Shown here one piece after another: positions 57,649 through 60,269 of a stretch of 60,269 bases of DNA. Both the position numbers and the translations under genes were made by a program. Numbering within the stretch: the stretch's first letter is position 1; each line of letters starts with the position of its first letter. Source of the DNA: Candidatus Jordarchaeia archaeon (GTDB lineage: Archaea > Asgardarchaeota > Jordiarchaeia > Jordiarchaeales > Jordiarchaeaceae); assembly GCA_029856435.1 (NCBI GenBank), contig JAHQXB010000123.1, positions 1 through 60,269 on the forward strand. The letters are read 5' to 3'. The notes beneath the pieces were generated by a model. The model was not told where the DNA came from. It saw nothing but the letters and a program-made list of their open reading frames with translations, and ran no database searches.

Positions 57649-58884
57649 ATGAAGACTGTACAAGTAGTTGTGCCGACTGAAGAATCAGAGCGAATAACAA
57701 AGATTTTAAGTGATTCCGGAAGAGATTTCTCGACTGTTTCAGGGAAGGAGAATACCCTAATTTTAATCACCTCAGAAGACGACGATGTAGATGCGGTTCT
57801 ATACGAGTTAAAACGTCTGGGTGTAGGCAGGGAGTTCGGAAAAATCCAATTAACTCCTTTAACTGCTTCTCTGCCTTCGATAATTACAAAGAAACCCTTA
57901 ATTTCCTTCAAACGTTCATCCAGCGATGAAATCATCCAGATGGTGGAAAAGTCAGCCAAGATCAACATTAATTACATTGTGTTAACAATCCTTGCTGGAG
58001 TTTTGGCATCTTTGGGACTGCTAGGGAACAATGCCGCAGTAATAATTGGCAGTATGGTGGTATCCCCCCTTATGGGACCAATTACTGGTACCGCCATGGG
58101 AACGGTTCTCAGTAAAAGAGAAATGTTTATGAATAGTATTAAGGCAGAAGCTGTAGGTATTATCCTCGCTATAGCTCTTGGTTTATTCTTGACTTACTTA
58201 TTCCCGGGAGCTGCGCCAACTTCTGAGATTTTAGCCAGATCCCGACCAAACATAGCTGATATGGCGCTAGCTATAGCTTCAGGTTTTGCGGCTGGTGTGG
58301 CTCTCAGTGGTGGTCTAGAATCTACACTAGTGGGGGTAGCGGTGGCTGCTTCGCTTCTTCCACCGGCAGCAAACATTGGGGTCGGCATAGCTTTGGCTCA
58401 GTACGGTATTGCCGCAGGTTCGCTTGAACTATTATTAATCAACATTTTCAGTATAAATCTGTGCTGCACTGCACTGTTCTGGATTCAGGGAATAAGACCT
58501 GCGGTGTCTGTAAGGAAAGAAAGAGTGGCTGCAAGGGTTTTACGTAGAAGGCTAGTTATCGTTTTAATCGCTCTATTAGTTTTGGCGATACCAATAGGCA
58601 TCACAACCCAGAGCCTGTACAAACAAGCAAAGTACACGAATGTTGTCAACACAGCTGTTTACTCTCTAGCTCTACCACCAAATAATGCTCTCCCCGGAAA
58701 TATTTGGACCCTATATGACCCCACAACAAACACACTCTGGGTTACTGCCCTAATCTTTACGCCGTCGGGCGTTGTGCCACCGGATCTTGCTCAAACCCTC
58801 TCTCTAATCATATCCTTAGGTACAGGAATTCCAACAGTAACAGTTTTAGCAAGTGTACAAGCCACGGTACTGAGTCCAATATGA
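57649..58884 (+). CDS. TIGR00341/DUF389 family membrane protein
   Basis: N-terminal PII-like region; LASLGLL.NN.AVIIGSMVVSPLMGP, SRPN, GVAVAASLLPPA. Confidence 0.92.
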   Translation: MKTVQVVVPTEESERITKILSDSGRDFSTVSGKENTLILITSEDDDVDAVLYELKRLGVGREFGKIQLTPLTASLPSIITKKPLISFKRSSSDEIIQMVEKSAKININYIVLTILAGVLASLGLLGNNAAVIIGSMVVSPLMGPITGTAMGTVLSKREMFMNSIKAEAVGIILAIALGLFLTYLFPGAAPTSEILARSRPNIADMALAIASGFAAGVALSGGLESTLVGVAVAASLLPPAANIGVGIALAQYGIAAGSLELLLINIFSINLCCTALFWIQGIRPAVSVRKERVAARVLRRRLVIVLIALLVLAIPIGITTQSLYKQAKYTNVVNTAVYSLALPPNNALPGNIWTLYDPTTNTLWVTALIFTPSGVVPPDLAQTLSLIISLGTGIPTVTVLASVQATVLSPI

Positions 58885-59059
58885 TGCTCTTCAGTAAAAA
58901 CTTAATATTTCCTCATTCCCCTTTTTTCCTTAAAAAGTACTTTTATATGTGGCTGGTTCCTAATTACCCTATAGAACTTCTTTCTTTGTTGGATAGTTAC
59001 AGATTCTATACATAAAAAACTCAATGTATTGACTGATTCTAAAGAAGAGGCTGAGAGAA

Positions 59060-59824
59060 ATGAGTGAGAAGGTTTGTCCAAGTTGCGGGAAGACCGCTAG
59101 GGCGGGTATGAAATACTGTATGTACTGCGGGGAAAAGCTAGAGGAAAAGGATGAGTGGTTCAGCGAAGAAAAACCAGAAGAATCGCAGCTGGAATCTTTT
59201 CATGAAGCCGTTGAAGAGATTTCTGGCAAAGAAGAGATTCCCGAGGATATTAAGTATCAGTTAGAGTTGAGAACAAAACTGGAAGAACTCATTGGGGAAA
59301 GGTCTGAGCTTACAAGGGAGATAGATAAGATGATGGAGGGATTGTCAGGCGATATATCTATCGAAGAGTACAGAAACAAAATAAAGAATTTAAAAAACCG
59401 GGTAGCCGAACTCAAGAAGGAAGAGAAAGATATAGAGAAGCTAATAAAACCTTTACCATTGGAGAAAATATCCAAAGAAAAAGAAGAATTGAAGGCGCGA
59501 TTAGATAAACTTAAGGAAGTTTACAGATCTAAAGAAATCAGCAATGAAACATTCGAAAAGCTACGTAAAGAATACGAAAAAGAACTCGAAGGAGTAAAGA
59601 AAAAACACAGAATCGAAAAAGACAGGGTGGAGAGCTGGATTGCACAGCTAGAAAAAGAGAGAAAAAACATCCAAGAAACATTAGAGCTACTATACGCAAG
59701 ACACAAAACAGGAGAAATGTCTGAAGAGGAATACCAAAAAAAGAAGGAGGAGCTGGAAAAAAACCTTAACAGAACCCAAATAAGCCTAGAAAATTTAAGG
59801 ATAGAGGTACGCCAGTGGGGCTAA
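59060..59824 (+). CDS. Double Zn-ribbon plus CdvA-like coiled-coil protein
   Basis: CPSCG...YCMYCG, then coiled coil with three G/S-x-[IM]S-xE-x-[YF] repeats, including LELLYARHKTGEMSEEEY. Confidence 0.7.
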   Translation: MSEKVCPSCGKTARAGMKYCMYCGEKLEEKDEWFSEEKPEESQLESFHEAVEEISGKEEIPEDIKYQLELRTKLEELIGERSELTREIDKMMEGLSGDISIEEYRNKIKNLKNRVAELKKEEKDIEKLIKPLPLEKISKEKEELKARLDKLKEVYRSKEISNETFEKLRKEYEKELEGVKKKHRIEKDRVESWIAQLEKERKNIQETLELLYARHKTGEMSEEEYQKKKEELEKNLNRTQISLENLRIEVRQWG

Positions 59825-59960
59825 AAAACAGAAAGTAACCTTCTCCTGCTAAAAAACGCGTTTGCCTTTTCGTCTGAGGCACAAAACTCATGCAAGTCTA
59901 CCTTGCAAATATCAAAAGTAAGAAATTAATATATTAAAAGCTCGTAGAAATCGGTCTATA

Positions 59961-60185
59961 CTTTTATGTCTTCTCTCAAAATTATTGGCACAATTAATTT
60001 GGTGCCGCCTGCTGCGTGTTGTTTGTTTTTCGGCCTTCACCATCCCTTTTTGGGGTGCCCTTTTCGGCTTTTTACCCTGCAGAATAACTCATAATGGGCT
60101 TCAATATGGGGACACAGGACACGACATAAACGTACACCCAAAAGGCGACGCCCAGTTAATTGTGCCGTTGGGAGAAACGTAAAAT
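59961..60185. repeat. Long imperfect fold-back (MITE-like or structured RNA)
   Basis: Perfect GGCACAATTAA/TTAATTGTGCC core (59987-59997, 60156-60166). Pairing extends about 30 nt inwards and about 20 nt outwards with an indel. Confidence 0.6.
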
Positions 60186-60269
60186 TTATTACAACCCTAG
60201 AACAAAACAGTAGGCATGTATCCCATCACCGCTGCTCTCAGGAGATTCTCCGAAGAACCAATATACATG

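Noticed and set aside
60200-60269. Possible 3' end of a minus-strand gene entering from beyond the window
   Set aside because: Only about 23 codons are visible, so it cannot be identified.

Overview
Archaeal chromosome segment, most likely from an Asgard (Promethearchaeati) lineage. This is inferred from tandem Rab-like GTPases, a longin-like protein, a tailed archaeal histone and a Zn-ribbon/CdvA-like protein, plus archaeal lipid, riboflavin and purine genes. The first 25 kb hold an exceptional heterodisulfide-reductase (Hdr) supercluster. It has a + strand hdrC-hdrB-hdrA(+Cys-less MvhD relic) operon, two tandem 3-hydroxyacyl-CoA dehydrogenases and an IS relic. These are followed by a 15-gene minus-strand operon built from three HdrBC pairs and three [HdrA half-A + HdrA half-B + MvhD] modules (two split, one fused). 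One MvhD carries a winged-helix domain that is also encoded free-standing in the operon, and no hydrogenase or formate dehydrogenase input module is present in the window. The rest encodes a GNAT, a longin-like protein, DUF99, two Rab-like GTPases (the second G2/G3-degenerate) and a riboflavin operon with a candidate for the missing archaeal deaminase. It also encodes GGGP synthase, a purCSQL-F-F-D-E cluster, a GH2 glycosidase, a stand-alone mini protein resembling the primase large-subunit Fe-S domain, a geranylgeranyl reductase, a histone, a ChlD-like chelatase subunit, a degenerate CofD, an SPFH protein, a DUF389 protein and a CdvA-like protein. Non-coding signals include two MITEs with clear target-site duplications, two long fold-back elements, a perfect 21-bp operator-like palindrome, and repeated abrupt A/C-rich to G/T-rich strand-composition switches, one of them mid-gene in purD. 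No rRNA, tRNA or CRISPR array was seen.
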